DNA of 64,000 nucleotides from Methanobacteriota archaeon (GTDB lineage: Archaea > Thermoplasmatota > Thermoplasmata > SG8-5 > JACRNV01): contig JACRNV010000001.1 of assembly GCA_016214785.1 (NCBI GenBank), positions 240 to 64,239 on the forward strand. The letters are read 5' to 3'. Made by a program: the position numbers and the translations under genes. Below the pieces are notes generated by a model. That model worked only from the letters and a program-made list of their open reading frames with translations. It ran no database searches and was not told the DNA's origin. Each line of letters begins with the position of its first letter. The stretch's first letter is position 1. Shown one piece after another: positions 28,876 to 38,644 of the stretch.

Positions 28876-31800
28876 TTAGAGGGTGCGGGCCAGCTCTTCG
28901 GACTTACCAGCCTCGAGAAGCCTTCCGGCCTTCCTGAACAAGGCCGCGCTCTCCGCCGCCGTCGCGCGCCCCTTCCCTGCCTCGCCCTGGGCGGCGAGGG
29001 CCCTGGCGCTGGCCCTAAGGAGGGAAGCGCGCGAAAGCTCGGCCTCGATGCCTTTCTGTCCGGCATTCAGGGCCAGCTCCGAATCGAGAATGCCATGCGC
29101 CCGCGCGTGGTCGCCAGATTTCAGCGCCTCACAGGCCTTGAGCCTGGCCACGGTAGCCTGGAAGTCCGGCCTCCCGATCTTTGCCGAGAGGGCATCGAGT
29201 TCGCGAAACGCCTCGGTGACATCCGGGACGGCAGAGAGATCGACCAGTTCTGCAAGCGAGCTGAACTTCTCCACTATAAGGTCGCACCTGCGCGCTATCT
29301 CGAGCGACATGTTGTAGTGCTCGATCGCGCCGTCGCGCTCCCCATTCGCCGAAAGGATGTTGCCTAGCATGAGGTGGGCGATTGAAACGCCCATGTCGTA
29401 GCCAAGTGGCTCCCACTCCCCCAGGCTCTTGAGGGCGCAGTCCTCGGCCTCGCCGAGGTTGCCGAGGTTGATGTGCACTATCGCCAGGTCGGAGTACGAC
29501 CAGCCGATTCCCAGCTTGCCGTCGTAGCCTTGCCGCAAGGCCAGCGCCTCCGATTGCGTGGCGAGCGCCTCCTCGTTCCTGCCGGTCATCGACAGGGCGT
29601 AGCCCAGGTTCCCCAAGGCCATGGCCATCATAGGATCGTTCCCGAGCCTGCGGCCGATGGCGAGGGCGCTGCGGTGGCACTCTGTGGCCCTCTCGGGCAT
29701 GTTGAAGTCCGCGCTCGCGTTCCCGAGGTTGATGTATATGGAGAACATCCCGAAGACGTCCCCCATCCTTTCCCGGAGGGCGAGGGCCTTCTCCTGCATC
29801 TTGATGGCGGAGGCGAACTCGCCGTGGGAGTGCCGCATCGAGCCCATCTGCTCGTAAGCCGAGGCCAGGATTCGCGCGTCCCCGAGCCCCTCGGCGATTT
29901 CGATGGCCTTAATTACGAGCGGGACGGCGTCGGCATAGCCGCCCAGGCCATCGCGGACTTGCCCCAGGGTAATATGCACCTTCGCCACGGTACGCCTATC
30001 GCTCACGGCGGAGAGCTTCTCCAGCGCCAGAGAGGCGAGCTCGGAAGCCTCCTTCGGGTCGGTGTCGTGGACGTCAAGCGCCTGACGGGAGTAGAATTCC
30101 GCGGCCGCCTCGGGGCCTGCGCGCGGGGCCATGACGGAGCCGAGCCCGAGGAGCCTGGAGACTTCCTTTCTGTCCCTCAGATGGAAGGCGATCTCGTCCA
30201 TCTTCAGGATTATCCTGATGTAGCCGTCCGGGTCGGAGGAGTGCGCGGCCAGCAGCGCTCCGTACTCGGCCATCGCAAGCGGGGGCTCGCCGAGGCTCTT
30301 GTAGCAGTCGCCGATGCGCTCGCGCAGGACGCTCTCTGTCCCGGGCGGGACGGCTCCGGCCTTCGGGAGGAAGCCCAGAGCAGACTTGTAAAGTTCGAGC
30401 GCCTGCTCGGCGGCGAAGCTCCCCTCGGCCTTTTCGCCGGACCGGAAGGAGTATTCGAAGGCCTTGCGGTGCTCGGAGGTGCGCGAGAAGTGCCTGGCCA
30501 GCTCGTAGAGTACGTCGTCAGTGGCGCCCGCGTGCCTGGCCTCATAGTACTCGCCCAGGGATTTGTGGTGCGCGGACTTCCACCTCCCGGATATGCCGCG
30601 GTAGACCACGTCCTGGAAGAGCGCGTGGGAGAACCGCCCCCTCCCCTCGTCGCCGAGGACGATGCCCGCCTCCCTGAGCTTCGCCAGCGCCCGGGAGGCG
30701 CTCTTCAGGGTAGCATTCGACAGCGCGGCGTCGATGTCGAACTCGCGGCCCAGGCAAGACGCATACTCGGCCATGGACATGGCGTCCGGCTCGAGCGCCG
30801 AGAGGCGCGCCTGAACGACGGCCTCGACGGAGTCGGGGATGGCGCAGTCCTCGCGCACGAGGCTGTAGGCCCCGGCCTTAAAGGAGATGCTCCCCTCGTC
30901 GCGCATCCGGCGCAGCGTCTCGACGATGAAGAAGGGGTTGCCGCCTCCCTGCTCCGAGAGGCGGGACAGGAACTCTGCCGGGAAGTCGTTGGGCTCGAAA
31001 AGGGAGCGCGCTATGCCCGCGGCGGCCGGCGTGTCGAGCCTCCCGAGCCTGAGCTCGGCGATGCCCAGCCCGGCGATGGACGCCCGACCCTCCTCCGGGC
31101 GGCGCGTGGCCACGATGAGCGCGCCCAGCCCCGCTGCGTTCCTGGCGACGTAGCCTAGCACGAAAAGCGAGGATTCGTCGGCCCAGTGGACGTCCTCGAG
31201 CACTAACAGGAGCGGCCTCTCCCGGGCGAGGCCGGCGACGAGCTTCTGCGCGCCCTCGGCTATCCGCGCGCGCTCCCCTTCCAGGCTCACCCCCTCGTGT
31301 TCCCTGCGCACGGCGAACCTGCGCTCCAGGAGGGGGATGAGCGCCCCCTTGACCGGCGAGAGGTAGCCGTCCCGCCCGTTCCATTTCTCGATCACCGCGC
31401 CGAATTTCGATTCGAGGTCGTGCGCGGCGAGCCTCAGGGCGTGGCGCATCTCCGGATGCTCTGCCTCTTTCACGACGGCAGCGAGGAAGAGGCGCTCCTC
31501 GTGCTCGATTAGAATCTTCATATCCCCGTACTCGAGCCTGCCGAGCGAGCCCTTGCCCGAGCCGCCCTGGAACGAATCGCGGACGAAGCCCTGGACGGCG
31601 GAGAGCATGCCGGCGAGAGCGCCCGCGCCCTCGTCCCTGGAACCGGGCGAGACCGCGGCAATGAGCTGGCCGGCGGGGTCGATGGCGAAGACCTTCGAGA
31701 AGGACGCGTGCTCCCCGGTATCGAAGAGCGCCTCGCCGCCGTGCCCTGCGAACGCCGACGATATGAGGAGGAAGGGATGCCCAGAGTCGGCGGCCGCGGC

Positions 31801-31995
31801 GCCCATAAGAACGCGCGCGCCTCGTTCAAGCGCATAGGCGCGGAGCTCGCCGACGAGCGTCGACTTGCCTATGCCGGCTTCGCCGGAAACGATGATGGAC
31901 GAGCCCTTGCCGCCGACGGCGTCGTCCAGCATCTTCTTGAGGCTCTGGAGCTCCGATTCCCTGCCGACGAGCCTGGGCGCGGACACGATTTGCAT
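28876..31995 (-). CDS. AAA_16 (STAND-type) P-loop NTPase with C-terminal TPR array and a Roadblock/LC7-like insertion
   Basis: RLVGRESELQSL..GKGSSIIVSGEAGIGKSTL (Walker A), PLLLVLEDVHWADESS (Walker B), and about 600 aa of TPR-like helical repeats. Start placed at Met29 (31995); the alternative start is 32079. Confidence 0.8.
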   Translation of the reverse strand: MQIVSAPRLVGRESELQSLKKMLDDAVGGKGSSIIVSGEAGIGKSTLVGELRAYALERGARVLMGAAAADSGHPFLLISSAFAGHGGEALFDTGEHASFSKVFAIDPAGQLIAAVSPGSRDEGAGALAGMLSAVQGFVRDSFQGGSGKGSLGRLEYGDMKILIEHEERLFLAAVVKEAEHPEMRHALRLAAHDLESKFGAVIEKWNGRDGYLSPVKGALIPLLERRFAVRREHEGVSLEGERARIAEGAQKLVAGLARERPLLLVLEDVHWADESSLFVLGYVARNAAGLGALIVATRRPEEGRASIAGLGIAELRLGRLDTPAAAGIARSLFEPNDFPAEFLSRLSEQGGGNPFFIVETLRRMRDEGSISFKAGAYSLVREDCAIPDSVEAVVQARLSALEPDAMSMAEYASCLGREFDIDAALSNATLKSASRALAKLREAGIVLGDEGRGRFSHALFQDVVYRGISGRWKSAHHKSLGEYYEARHAGATDDVLYELARHFSRTSEHRKAFEYSFRSGEKAEGSFAAEQALELYKSALGFLPKAGAVPPGTESVLRERIGDCYKSLGEPPLAMAEYGALLAAHSSDPDGYIRIILKMDEIAFHLRDRKEVSRLLGLGSVMAPRAGPEAAAEFYSRQALDVHDTDPKEASELASLALEKLSAVSDRRTVAKVHITLGQVRDGLGGYADAVPLVIKAIEIAEGLGDARILASAYEQMGSMRHSHGEFASAIKMQEKALALRERMGDVFGMFSIYINLGNASADFNMPERATECHRSALAIGRRLGNDPMMAMALGNLGYALSMTGRNEEALATQSEALALRQGYDGKLGIGWSYSDLAIVHINLGNLGEAEDCALKSLGEWEPLGYDMGVSIAHLMLGNILSANGERDGAIEHYNMSLEIARRCDLIVEKFSSLAELVDLSAVPDVTEAFRELDALSAKIGRPDFQATVARLKACEALKSGDHARAHGILDSELALNAGQKGIEAELSRASLLRASARALAAQGEAGKGRATAAESAALFRKAGRLLEAGKSEELARTL

Positions 31996-32196
31996 ATAGG
32001 ATAGATAGATAATAAGCGTTTTCGCCAACTGACCACATTGCGGCCACCTCTTCTCAGTTCCCTTATCCCCTCTGACCACCCTGTAAGGTCATCGGAGGTG
32101 TCACAGTTGCTCGAATACGTGTACCTGGCAATGGAGGCGACGAGGGCGGTCAGGAAGAGCAAGAACGTCCCAGTCATCTAAAACCCTTACATGATT

Positions 32197-33027
32197 TTAC
32201 TTTGACAGAACTTCCCTGTAGCGCTTGAGCGGACCCTTGTAATGGCCTGTGCCGCGGAGCTTCCCCGCGTATATGGCCTTCGTCGGGCAGAGGTTGAAGC
32301 ACGCCCAGCAGCCCATGCATTTTTCCTCGTCGAAGGCAGGCGTGGACGAGAGCTCTATGGCCACATAGGGGCAGGCTCTTGCGCACGTCCCGCACTTCGT
32401 GCAGAGCGCTGCGTCGACGGACTTCGGGCCCTGAGCCTTCTTCGAGCGCTCCCTCGAAAGGGAAGGCATGATCCTGAACGCGAAAGGGGTCTTGACGATC
32501 ACGGGAACGGCCTCCTTGCCATCGGCTATTCCGGCCAGCGCTATCCTCAGGCCCGAGATGAAGTCGTCGAGCGCGCGCATCTCGCTCTCGAGCGGCAGGG
32601 AGGCGTCCCTCGGGCGCCCCTGCGCGACGATGGGCGGGTAGCTGTCCGGCGCCTTCAGAACATGGCAGCCGACGACGACGAACCCCTTCTCGGTCGCGGC
32701 CCTCGCGATGCTGGCCGGCGTCTTGCCGGGCATCCCCCCGTGGGTGACGAGGACGAATGCGGCCTTTCCGTTTACGCCGGTGAGCGAGCGCATGAAGCTG
32801 CGCATCAGCATCGGCTCCTCCAGCCAATCAGTCGGGGAGGCAAAGCCCGCGAAATCGTAATTGGAGAAGTCGGGGGCACCGTTTCGCACGTCGTGGAGCG
32901 CGAATTCGAACCCGAGGTGCCTGGCGACGTATTCCGCGGCCAGGCGCGTGTTCCCAGTGGCCGAGTAACAGCAGACGATGCCTTTCACGGGCGTGAGATG
33001 GAGGGGGGTGGATAATAATTTTCCCAT
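32197..33027 (-). CDS. Flavodoxin-like + 2x[4Fe-4S] ferredoxin-domain protein (EFR1-like)
   Basis: N-terminal GIVCCYSATGNTRLAAEYVA (flavodoxin-like). C-terminal CTKCGTCARACP ... CMGCWACFNLCP (two CxxCxxCxxxCP motifs). Start is either ATG 33027 or GTG 32988. Confidence 0.7.
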   Translation of the reverse strand: MGKLLSTPLHLTPVKGIVCCYSATGNTRLAAEYVARHLGFEFALHDVRNGAPDFSNYDFAGFASPTDWLEEPMLMRSFMRSLTGVNGKAAFVLVTHGGMPGKTPASIARAATEKGFVVVGCHVLKAPDSYPPIVAQGRPRDASLPLESEMRALDDFISGLRIALAGIADGKEAVPVIVKTPFAFRIMPSLSRERSKKAQGPKSVDAALCTKCGTCARACPYVAIELSSTPAFDEEKCMGCWACFNLCPTKAIYAGKLRGTGHYKGPLKRYREVLSK

Positions 33028-33085
33028 GATCGGCGCGCTGGATAATTTTATATCGCGCCCCTCATTATTGCCGCAAGGCGGTTTT

Positions 33086-34585
33086 ATGGACAGGGGACTG
33101 CAGGACCTCAGGGCAAGGCTCGCCGAGATAACGGACCTCAACCACGCGGCCAGCGTGCTGAGCTGGGACCAGATGACGTACATGCCCCCGGGCGGGGCGG
33201 AGGCCCGCGCCAGGCAGACGGCCATGCTGCAGAGGCTCGCACACGAGAAGGCGACGGACCCGGCGCTCGGGAGGCTCCTCGATTCCCTGCGCCCGCTCGA
33301 GAATAAGCTCGGTTACGATTCCGACGACGCCTCTCTTATTAGGGTTGCGAGGCGCAACTACGACATAGTCACCAAGGTGCCGATCGAGTTCGCAGCGAGG
33401 ATGTTCCTTCTGCAGGCCGAATCATACGAAGCGTGGGCGCGCGCCCGACCGAAGAACGACTTCAAGGGCGTCTATCCATATCTGGAGAAGGTCATGGCGT
33501 ACTCCCGGGAGTACTCGGAGTTCTTCCCCGGCTACGGCCACGTCATGGACCCGCTGATAAGCAACTTCGACTACGGCGTGAAGGCCAGGACTATAAGAAA
33601 GGTCTTCAGGGAGCTGCGCGCGGAGCTCGTGCCGCTGGTCAGGAAGATAAGGGACGCGGAGCAGGTCGACGACTCCTGCCTGCACGGCAAGTTCCCAACG
33701 GACCTGCAGGCGAAGTTCAACAGGCTCGTCGCCGAGCGCATGGGCTACGACTTCCAGCGCGGGCGCATCGACGAGACGCCGCACCCTTTCACGACCAACT
33801 TCTCCATCGGCGACGTGCGCATCACGACGCGCTACCACGAGGATTACCTCGGCGCCGCGCTCTTCAGCACGATCCATGAAACAGGCCACGCGCTCTACGA
33901 GCAGGGGCCGGACCCGGCGCTGGAGGGGCTGCTGGGCACGGGCGCGGGGATGGGCATCCACGAGAGCCAGTCGCGCCTCTGGGAGAACCAGGTCGGGCGC
34001 AGCATGGAGTTCTGGAAGTACTTCTATCCAGCCCTGAGAAAGGCCTTCCCGGAGAAGTATAAGGGCGTCAGGCTCCCCGACTTCTACAGGGCCATCAACC
34101 GGGTCGAGCCGTCCCTGATAAGGGTGGCGGCCGACGAGGTGACGTACAACCTGCACATCATGATAAGGTTCGACCTGGAGTGCGCGCTCATGGAGGGCAA
34201 ACTCTCGGTCAAGGAGCTGCCGGAGGCGTGGAACGACAGGTATCTGTCCGACTTGGGCGTGAGCTCGAAGACGTACGCCGACGGCGTCATGCAGGACGTC
34301 CACTGGTTCAGCGCATACATCGGCTACTTCCAGAGCTACGCGCTCGGGAACCTGCTGAGCGCGCAGCTCTACGACGCCGCGCTCAAGGCGAAGCCGGCCA
34401 TCAGGTCCGAGATAGCGACCGGGAAGTTCTCGACGTTGCTCGGTTGGCTGCGCAAGAACGTCCACAGGCACGGGCTCAAGTTCACGACCGACGAGCTGCT
34501 GGAGCGCTGCGGCGTCGGCGGCATCGAGGTCGGCCCGTTCATGGACTACCTGAGGAAGAAGTACAAGGGCGTCTACGGCCTATAG
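33086..34585 (+). CDS. M32 carboxypeptidase (Taq-type metallocarboxypeptidase)
   Basis: HETGHALYEQG (HExxH), GMGIHESQSRLWEN, and an N-terminal LNHAASVLSWDQMTYMPPGG. Start at the internal Met at 33086 (MDRGLQDL). Confidence 0.9.
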   Translation: MDRGLQDLRARLAEITDLNHAASVLSWDQMTYMPPGGAEARARQTAMLQRLAHEKATDPALGRLLDSLRPLENKLGYDSDDASLIRVARRNYDIVTKVPIEFAARMFLLQAESYEAWARARPKNDFKGVYPYLEKVMAYSREYSEFFPGYGHVMDPLISNFDYGVKARTIRKVFRELRAELVPLVRKIRDAEQVDDSCLHGKFPTDLQAKFNRLVAERMGYDFQRGRIDETPHPFTTNFSIGDVRITTRYHEDYLGAALFSTIHETGHALYEQGPDPALEGLLGTGAGMGIHESQSRLWENQVGRSMEFWKYFYPALRKAFPEKYKGVRLPDFYRAINRVEPSLIRVAADEVTYNLHIMIRFDLECALMEGKLSVKELPEAWNDRYLSDLGVSSKTYADGVMQDVHWFSAYIGYFQSYALGNLLSAQLYDAALKAKPAIRSEIATGKFSTLLGWLRKNVHRHGLKFTTDELLERCGVGGIEVGPFMDYLRKKYKGVYGL

Positions 34586-34688
34586 ACGGAAGATGCCCCG
34601 TGGAAATGGCCCGGAAAGCTCACACTCGTCGGAGGCTCCCTCCCCTTAAGGTTATATCCGCCCTCGGCATTGTCGCGCGGGGGCCGAC

Positions 34689-35654
34689 ATGACAAAGCAG
34701 AGGGTCACGGGAATAAAGGACGGGGAAAAGGTCGACAGCTACTTCTCGGTGAAGTTCAAGAAGCCGCTGAGGGACTACAAGTACGGGCTGATGTTCGAGA
34801 TCAGGCTCGCCGACCTCTCGGGGGAGATGACAGCCAAGTACTGGGGGGACGCCGACCGCGCAGATATGGAGGCGCTTCACAGAACCATCTCCACCGGCGA
34901 CGTGGTGAAAGTCGCCGGCGAGGCCAGAGAATTCAACGGGCAGCTGGAGATCGGCATCGGTAAGGGTACCGGTGGCGTTCTGAAGGCGCTCAAGCAAGGG
35001 GAGTACGACCGCGCCGAGCTGCTCGCGCGGGCGCCCAGGGACCCTGAGGAGATGTTCTCCGAGCTCAAGGCCGTCTTGGGGACAATCCGTGATAAAGACA
35101 TTTCAGCCATCGTCAAATCCTTTTCGGACGACCGCGACTGGGCCGCCAAACTCAAGGCCGCGCCGGCGTCGATGCTCATGCACTCCAACTACATCGGCGG
35201 CCTGCTGGAGCACACGCTGAACGTCGTCAAGCTCTGCGATTCCGCGGCCGCGCTCTTTCCCAAGCTCGATAGGGACTACGCCATCGCCGGAGCGTTCCTT
35301 CACGACATAGGAAAAATCGTCGAGCTGGAGATGACGAGCAACATCGACGTCACCGAGGCGGGCATGCTGCGCGGCCACACGGTGCTCGGAGAGGAGGAGC
35401 TGAACAGGCGCATCGCGAAGATACATGACTTCCCCGAGAGAACCAAGCTCAAGCTCGACCACATCGTCCTCAGCCACCACGGCAAGAAGGAGTGGGGCGC
35501 GCCCAAGGAGCCGCAGACGCCCGAGGCCGTGCTCGTGCACCTCGCGGACCTCATGGACGCGCAGCTCCACCAGTACATTAGGATAAAGGAAGAGGCGAGC
35601 ACCGAGGACAAGTGGGTGTGGGACAAGAGGCTCGGGCACGTCTACCTGGGGTAG
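34689..35654 (+). CDS. OB-fold + HD-domain nuclease (YhaM-like 3'-5' exoribonuclease family)
   Basis: N-terminal OB-like segment (GDVVKVAGEAREFNGQLEI), then HSNYIGGLLEHTL ... AGAFLHDIGK ... LSHHGKKEWG (HD motifs). Confidence 0.65.
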   Translation: MTKQRVTGIKDGEKVDSYFSVKFKKPLRDYKYGLMFEIRLADLSGEMTAKYWGDADRADMEALHRTISTGDVVKVAGEAREFNGQLEIGIGKGTGGVLKALKQGEYDRAELLARAPRDPEEMFSELKAVLGTIRDKDISAIVKSFSDDRDWAAKLKAAPASMLMHSNYIGGLLEHTLNVVKLCDSAAALFPKLDRDYAIAGAFLHDIGKIVELEMTSNIDVTEAGMLRGHTVLGEEELNRRIAKIHDFPERTKLKLDHIVLSHHGKKEWGAPKEPQTPEAVLVHLADLMDAQLHQYIRIKEEASTEDKWVWDKRLGHVYLG

Positions 35655-35665
35655 ATATTCTTTCT

Positions 35666-36814
35666 TCAACGGCGCTTCCTGTGGAGGCTTTGGACGAGGG
35701 TTGGCAGGAATACGGCCAGCACGATGACGCCGAGTGCCGCGACCAACGTGGTCACGTCCCCGACCGGTGCGGCCTGGACCGTGATATTCCACCCGGCCCT
35801 GGTGGATGGCAGGGGCATATCGTTGATGCTGAGCATGGCGCTGACGTTGTGGTATCCCTTTTCAGCGACCCATGTATGGCTGACGTTGGTATAGGAGTTT
35901 GAATCAAGCGAAATGTCGGTCATGTTCCAGATTTCCTCATAATCCAGATATAGCATCAGGCTGATGTTGCTCACGGCCACAGACCCGTTGTTGAAAATCA
36001 TCACCGTGACCGTTATGTCCTTGTCCTCGACAAATTCGTCGCCCGTGATTGAGACGTTCGTGATTTGCAGGTCCGGGGGTTGCACAGATATGCTTCTGGT
36101 CACGCGGGTGTTCATGAGCGCCGCCCCGCTTATGGCCAGCATGGCGCTGATGCTGCGATATCCTTTTTTGGCGACCCATGTATGGCTGATGTTGGTATAG
36201 GAGTTTGAATCAAGCGAAATGTCGGTCATGTTCCAGATTTCCTCATAATCCAGATATAGCATCAGGCTGATGTTGCTCACAATCATCGACCCGTTGTTGA
36301 AAATGGTCACCGTGGCCGTTACGTCCTTATACTCGACAACTTCATCGCCCGAGATTGAGACGTTCGTAATTTGTAGGTCGGGGGGGTTTGGGGTTTGCAC
36401 GGATATGCTTCTGGTCACGCGGGTGTTCATGAGCGCCGCGCCGCTCACGCTCAGCATGGCGCTGATGTTGTGGTTTCCTCGCTTGGCAAACCATGTATGC
36501 TCGATGCTCACCGAGGAGTTGGCGCCGACCGCGATGCCCATCATGCCCCAGAACTCCTCGAAATCCTGGCTCAGCGACAGGGTTATGTTGCCTGCAGGCG
36601 CAGAACCGTTATTGAGGATGGTCATCGCAGCCGTTATGTTGTCGTGCTCGACGAAAACATTGCTCGAAAGAGTGAAATCGGAGATAGTCACATCCGCAGA
36701 GGGCTGCGGTTGCGGCGGACCCGGCTGCGCGATAGCAAATTGCGGCGCGATCAATGCAATAGCAAACAGCAGAGCGGCGATTGTTATCACTGAGGTACAT
36801 AGGAACTTCGACAT
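35666..36814 (-). CDS. Secreted CARDB-like triple-repeat protein with C-terminal TM anchor
   Basis: Signal peptide MSKFLCTSVITIAALLFAIALIAPQFAIAQ, three ~102-aa CARDB-like units (DLQITNVSI.GDE.VE.KD.T.TV.IFNNGS...), and a C-terminal TTLVAALGVIVLAVFLPTLVQSLHRKRR. Confidence 0.7.
   Translation of the reverse strand: MSKFLCTSVITIAALLFAIALIAPQFAIAQPGPPQPQPSADVTISDFTLSSNVFVEHDNITAAMTILNNGSAPAGNITLSLSQDFEEFWGMMGIAVGANSSVSIEHTWFAKRGNHNISAMLSVSGAALMNTRVTRSISVQTPNPPDLQITNVSISGDEVVEYKDVTATVTIFNNGSMIVSNISLMLYLDYEEIWNMTDISLDSNSYTNISHTWVAKKGYRSISAMLAISGAALMNTRVTRSISVQPPDLQITNVSITGDEFVEDKDITVTVMIFNNGSVAVSNISLMLYLDYEEIWNMTDISLDSNSYTNVSHTWVAEKGYHNVSAMLSINDMPLPSTRAGWNITVQAAPVGDVTTLVAALGVIVLAVFLPTLVQSLHRKRR
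35867..36478 (-). repeat. Two near-identical 306-nt tandem units inside the CARDB gene (a third, diverged unit follows to ~36700)
   Basis: A ~108-nt stretch (GACCCATGTATGGCTGA(C/T)GTTGGTATAGGAGTTTGAATCAAGCGAAATGTCGGTCATGTTCCAGATTTCCTCATAATCCAGATATAGCATCAGGCTGATGTTGCTCAC) recurs at 35867 and 36173 with a single mismatch. Confidence 0.85.
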
Positions 36815-36817
36815 TCT

Positions 36818-37627
36818 TCATCCCTCCATCGCTTTCCTGTTTGCCAGGAATAGGGCCATGTAAAAGAAGACAATCCCGTAGGCGACAACCACAGCCACGC
36901 CGACGTAGAAGTCCGGTGAAAAGCTTGAGACACTTTCCATGGCGGAGCCACTGAGGATGCCGAGCACGTCGGTTATCAGGCTGCCGTTGTATGTCAGTAT
37001 GAACCATGGGTCCACGTCCGCTATATTCAGGACCTGAGACACTATGGGGAGGATCATCATGAGGACGAAGAATCCCGCCAGCATTGCCGTTATGGATTTT
37101 TTCAAAAGGCAGCTGAAGAAATAGCAGAAGCTGACAGCGGCGCTCGCGTAAAGAAGGCTGATGAGGAACGATTTCGCGAAGCCGAGCGAGATTTCGCCGA
37201 ACCCGTAAATCTGCCCAATCTCCAGTGCTGTGACGAGATAATAGCACGCGACGGCCAGCCAGGTCGCTAGGAGCGCGGCGATGTACTTGCCGGCGAAGAT
37301 GGAGGTGCGTCTCTGGGGCGTGGAGAAGAGCGAGAGGCCGGTCCTCTTCTCGAACTCGGTGACCACGGAATCTCCCGCGAACATGGCCGCGGATATCACA
37401 ACGAAGGTGCTGATGAATAGCAGATTGCGAGAGGCGAACTCGTTCGCCGTGTCCGGGTAGTCCTCGTCGAAGAGCGGGGGGATGGCGTAGAACACTATGG
37501 GCAAGAGCGTCGCCAGGACGACCACGAGCGCCAGCCGCCTGCGGCTCACATGCTTTTTTATTTCGAAGCGGGCGTTAATATACACGTGAAATAAATCACT
37601 AACCGTATCTTCATTTGTAGACATCAT
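36818..37627 (-). CDS. ABC-2 type transporter permease
   Basis: 269 aa with about 6 hydrophobic segments. Its start abuts the stop of the ATPase gene, and its stop lies 3 nt from the CARDB gene start. Confidence 0.7.
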   Translation of the reverse strand: MMSTNEDTVSDLFHVYINARFEIKKHVSRRRLALVVVLATLLPIVFYAIPPLFDEDYPDTANEFASRNLLFISTFVVISAAMFAGDSVVTEFEKRTGLSLFSTPQRRTSIFAGKYIAALLATWLAVACYYLVTALEIGQIYGFGEISLGFAKSFLISLLYASAAVSFCYFFSCLLKKSITAMLAGFFVLMMILPIVSQVLNIADVDPWFILTYNGSLITDVLGILSGSAMESVSSFSPDFYVGVAVVVAYGIVFFYMALFLANRKAMEG

Positions 37628-38569
37628 TTAACTCACCCCCCTCTCGTCGCTCATCACGGATATGTAGAAGTCCTCGAGGCTCACAACCTCCGGTGTGTAG
37701 GAGACGATGTGGTGCCCTGCTTTCATAAGGTCTGACAGGATTTGATAGCTTGTATCGGGGGAGCCATCGTACCCTATCTGGACCGAGCCATTCTTAACAC
37801 TGACGCCCTTCACTCCTGCGACGGTCTCTATTTTCTTCGCCTCCGTTTCGGACAGCGGGTTCGTGAACCTGACGATTATGCTTTTCCCACCCGCCTTGCT
37901 CCTGATGTTGTGGACCGTGTCGTGGGCGACCACCCTGGCCTTGTCGAGGAATATGACGCTGTCGCAGGTGTCGCCGACCTCCTGCAGCAGGTGGGAGCTC
38001 AGGAAGATCGTCATGCCGCCCTTCTGGAACTCCCTCAACAGCTCGCGCACCTCCTTTATGCCTTTGGGGTCCAGGCCTATCACGGGCTCGTCGAGTATCA
38101 GAATCTCCGGCTCGTGGAGGATGGCCTTGGCGATGGCCAGCCGCCTCTGCATCCCTGTGCTGAAGGCGCCTATCTTCGTCCGCTCCTTGTCGGCCAGCCT
38201 CACCGATTTCAACGTCTCCCGTATCCGTTCGTCTATCTTGCCGCGCTCCATGCCGTATATCCTGCCGAAATACGTCAGCATCTCGCGCGGCGTCAGGTAG
38301 TCGTATATCCCAGGGATCTCCACCAGGGCGCCGACCGCCTTCAGGGATTCCTTGGGATTCTCGTTGACGTCCAGACCGTTGATGAAGGCATGGCCGGACG
38401 TCGGGTAGAGCAGGTTCGTCAGAATCTTGATAGTCGTGGTCTTCCCCGAGCCGTTCGGCCCGAGATATCCCACGATCTCGCCCTTTTTTATCGACAGGGA
38501 GATGCCGTCCAGGACTCTGACGTTCTTCGAATAGCACTTGACGAGGTTCTCGGTCTTGATGACGTCCAT
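37628..38569 (-). CDS. ABC transporter ATP-binding protein
   Basis: GPNGSGKTTTIKIL (Walker A), FSTGMQRRLAIAKAIL (signature), ILILDEP (Walker B). Confidence 0.9.
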   Translation of the reverse strand: MDVIKTENLVKCYSKNVRVLDGISLSIKKGEIVGYLGPNGSGKTTTIKILTNLLYPTSGHAFINGLDVNENPKESLKAVGALVEIPGIYDYLTPREMLTYFGRIYGMERGKIDERIRETLKSVRLADKERTKIGAFSTGMQRRLAIAKAILHEPEILILDEPVIGLDPKGIKEVRELLREFQKGGMTIFLSSHLLQEVGDTCDSVIFLDKARVVAHDTVHNIRSKAGGKSIIVRFTNPLSETEAKKIETVAGVKGVSVKNGSVQIGYDGSPDTSYQILSDLMKAGHHIVSYTPEVVSLEDFYISVMSDERGVS

Positions 38570-38644
38570 GGGGAATCACTGAAGGAGCCATCGCCCCGGA
38601 GGTAGATACCCTTTTTCCGTAATCGTTCCAAACTCTTTCCCAAT

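Noticed and set aside
29473-31158. 561-aa plus-strand ORF antisense to the STAND-TPR gene. Analogous cases: 48766-49851 (-, off-frame), 40770-42005 (-) and 40913-41965 (+) over the M50 gene, 37794-38654 (-) over the ABC ATPase, and 52078-53052 (+) and 52217-53164 (-) over deoA.
   Set aside because: These are all shadow ORFs of well-supported genes, with low-complexity Arg/Gly/Pro-rich translations.
31869-32177. 102-aa minus-strand ORF upstream of and overlapping STAND gene 1, with a hydrophobic N-terminus (MTGTFLLFLTALVASIA).
   Set aside because: It overlaps the STAND N-terminus out of frame and the rest is Arg/Ser-rich. No conservation can be judged here. A short TM peptide encoded by the first ~35 codons cannot be excluded.
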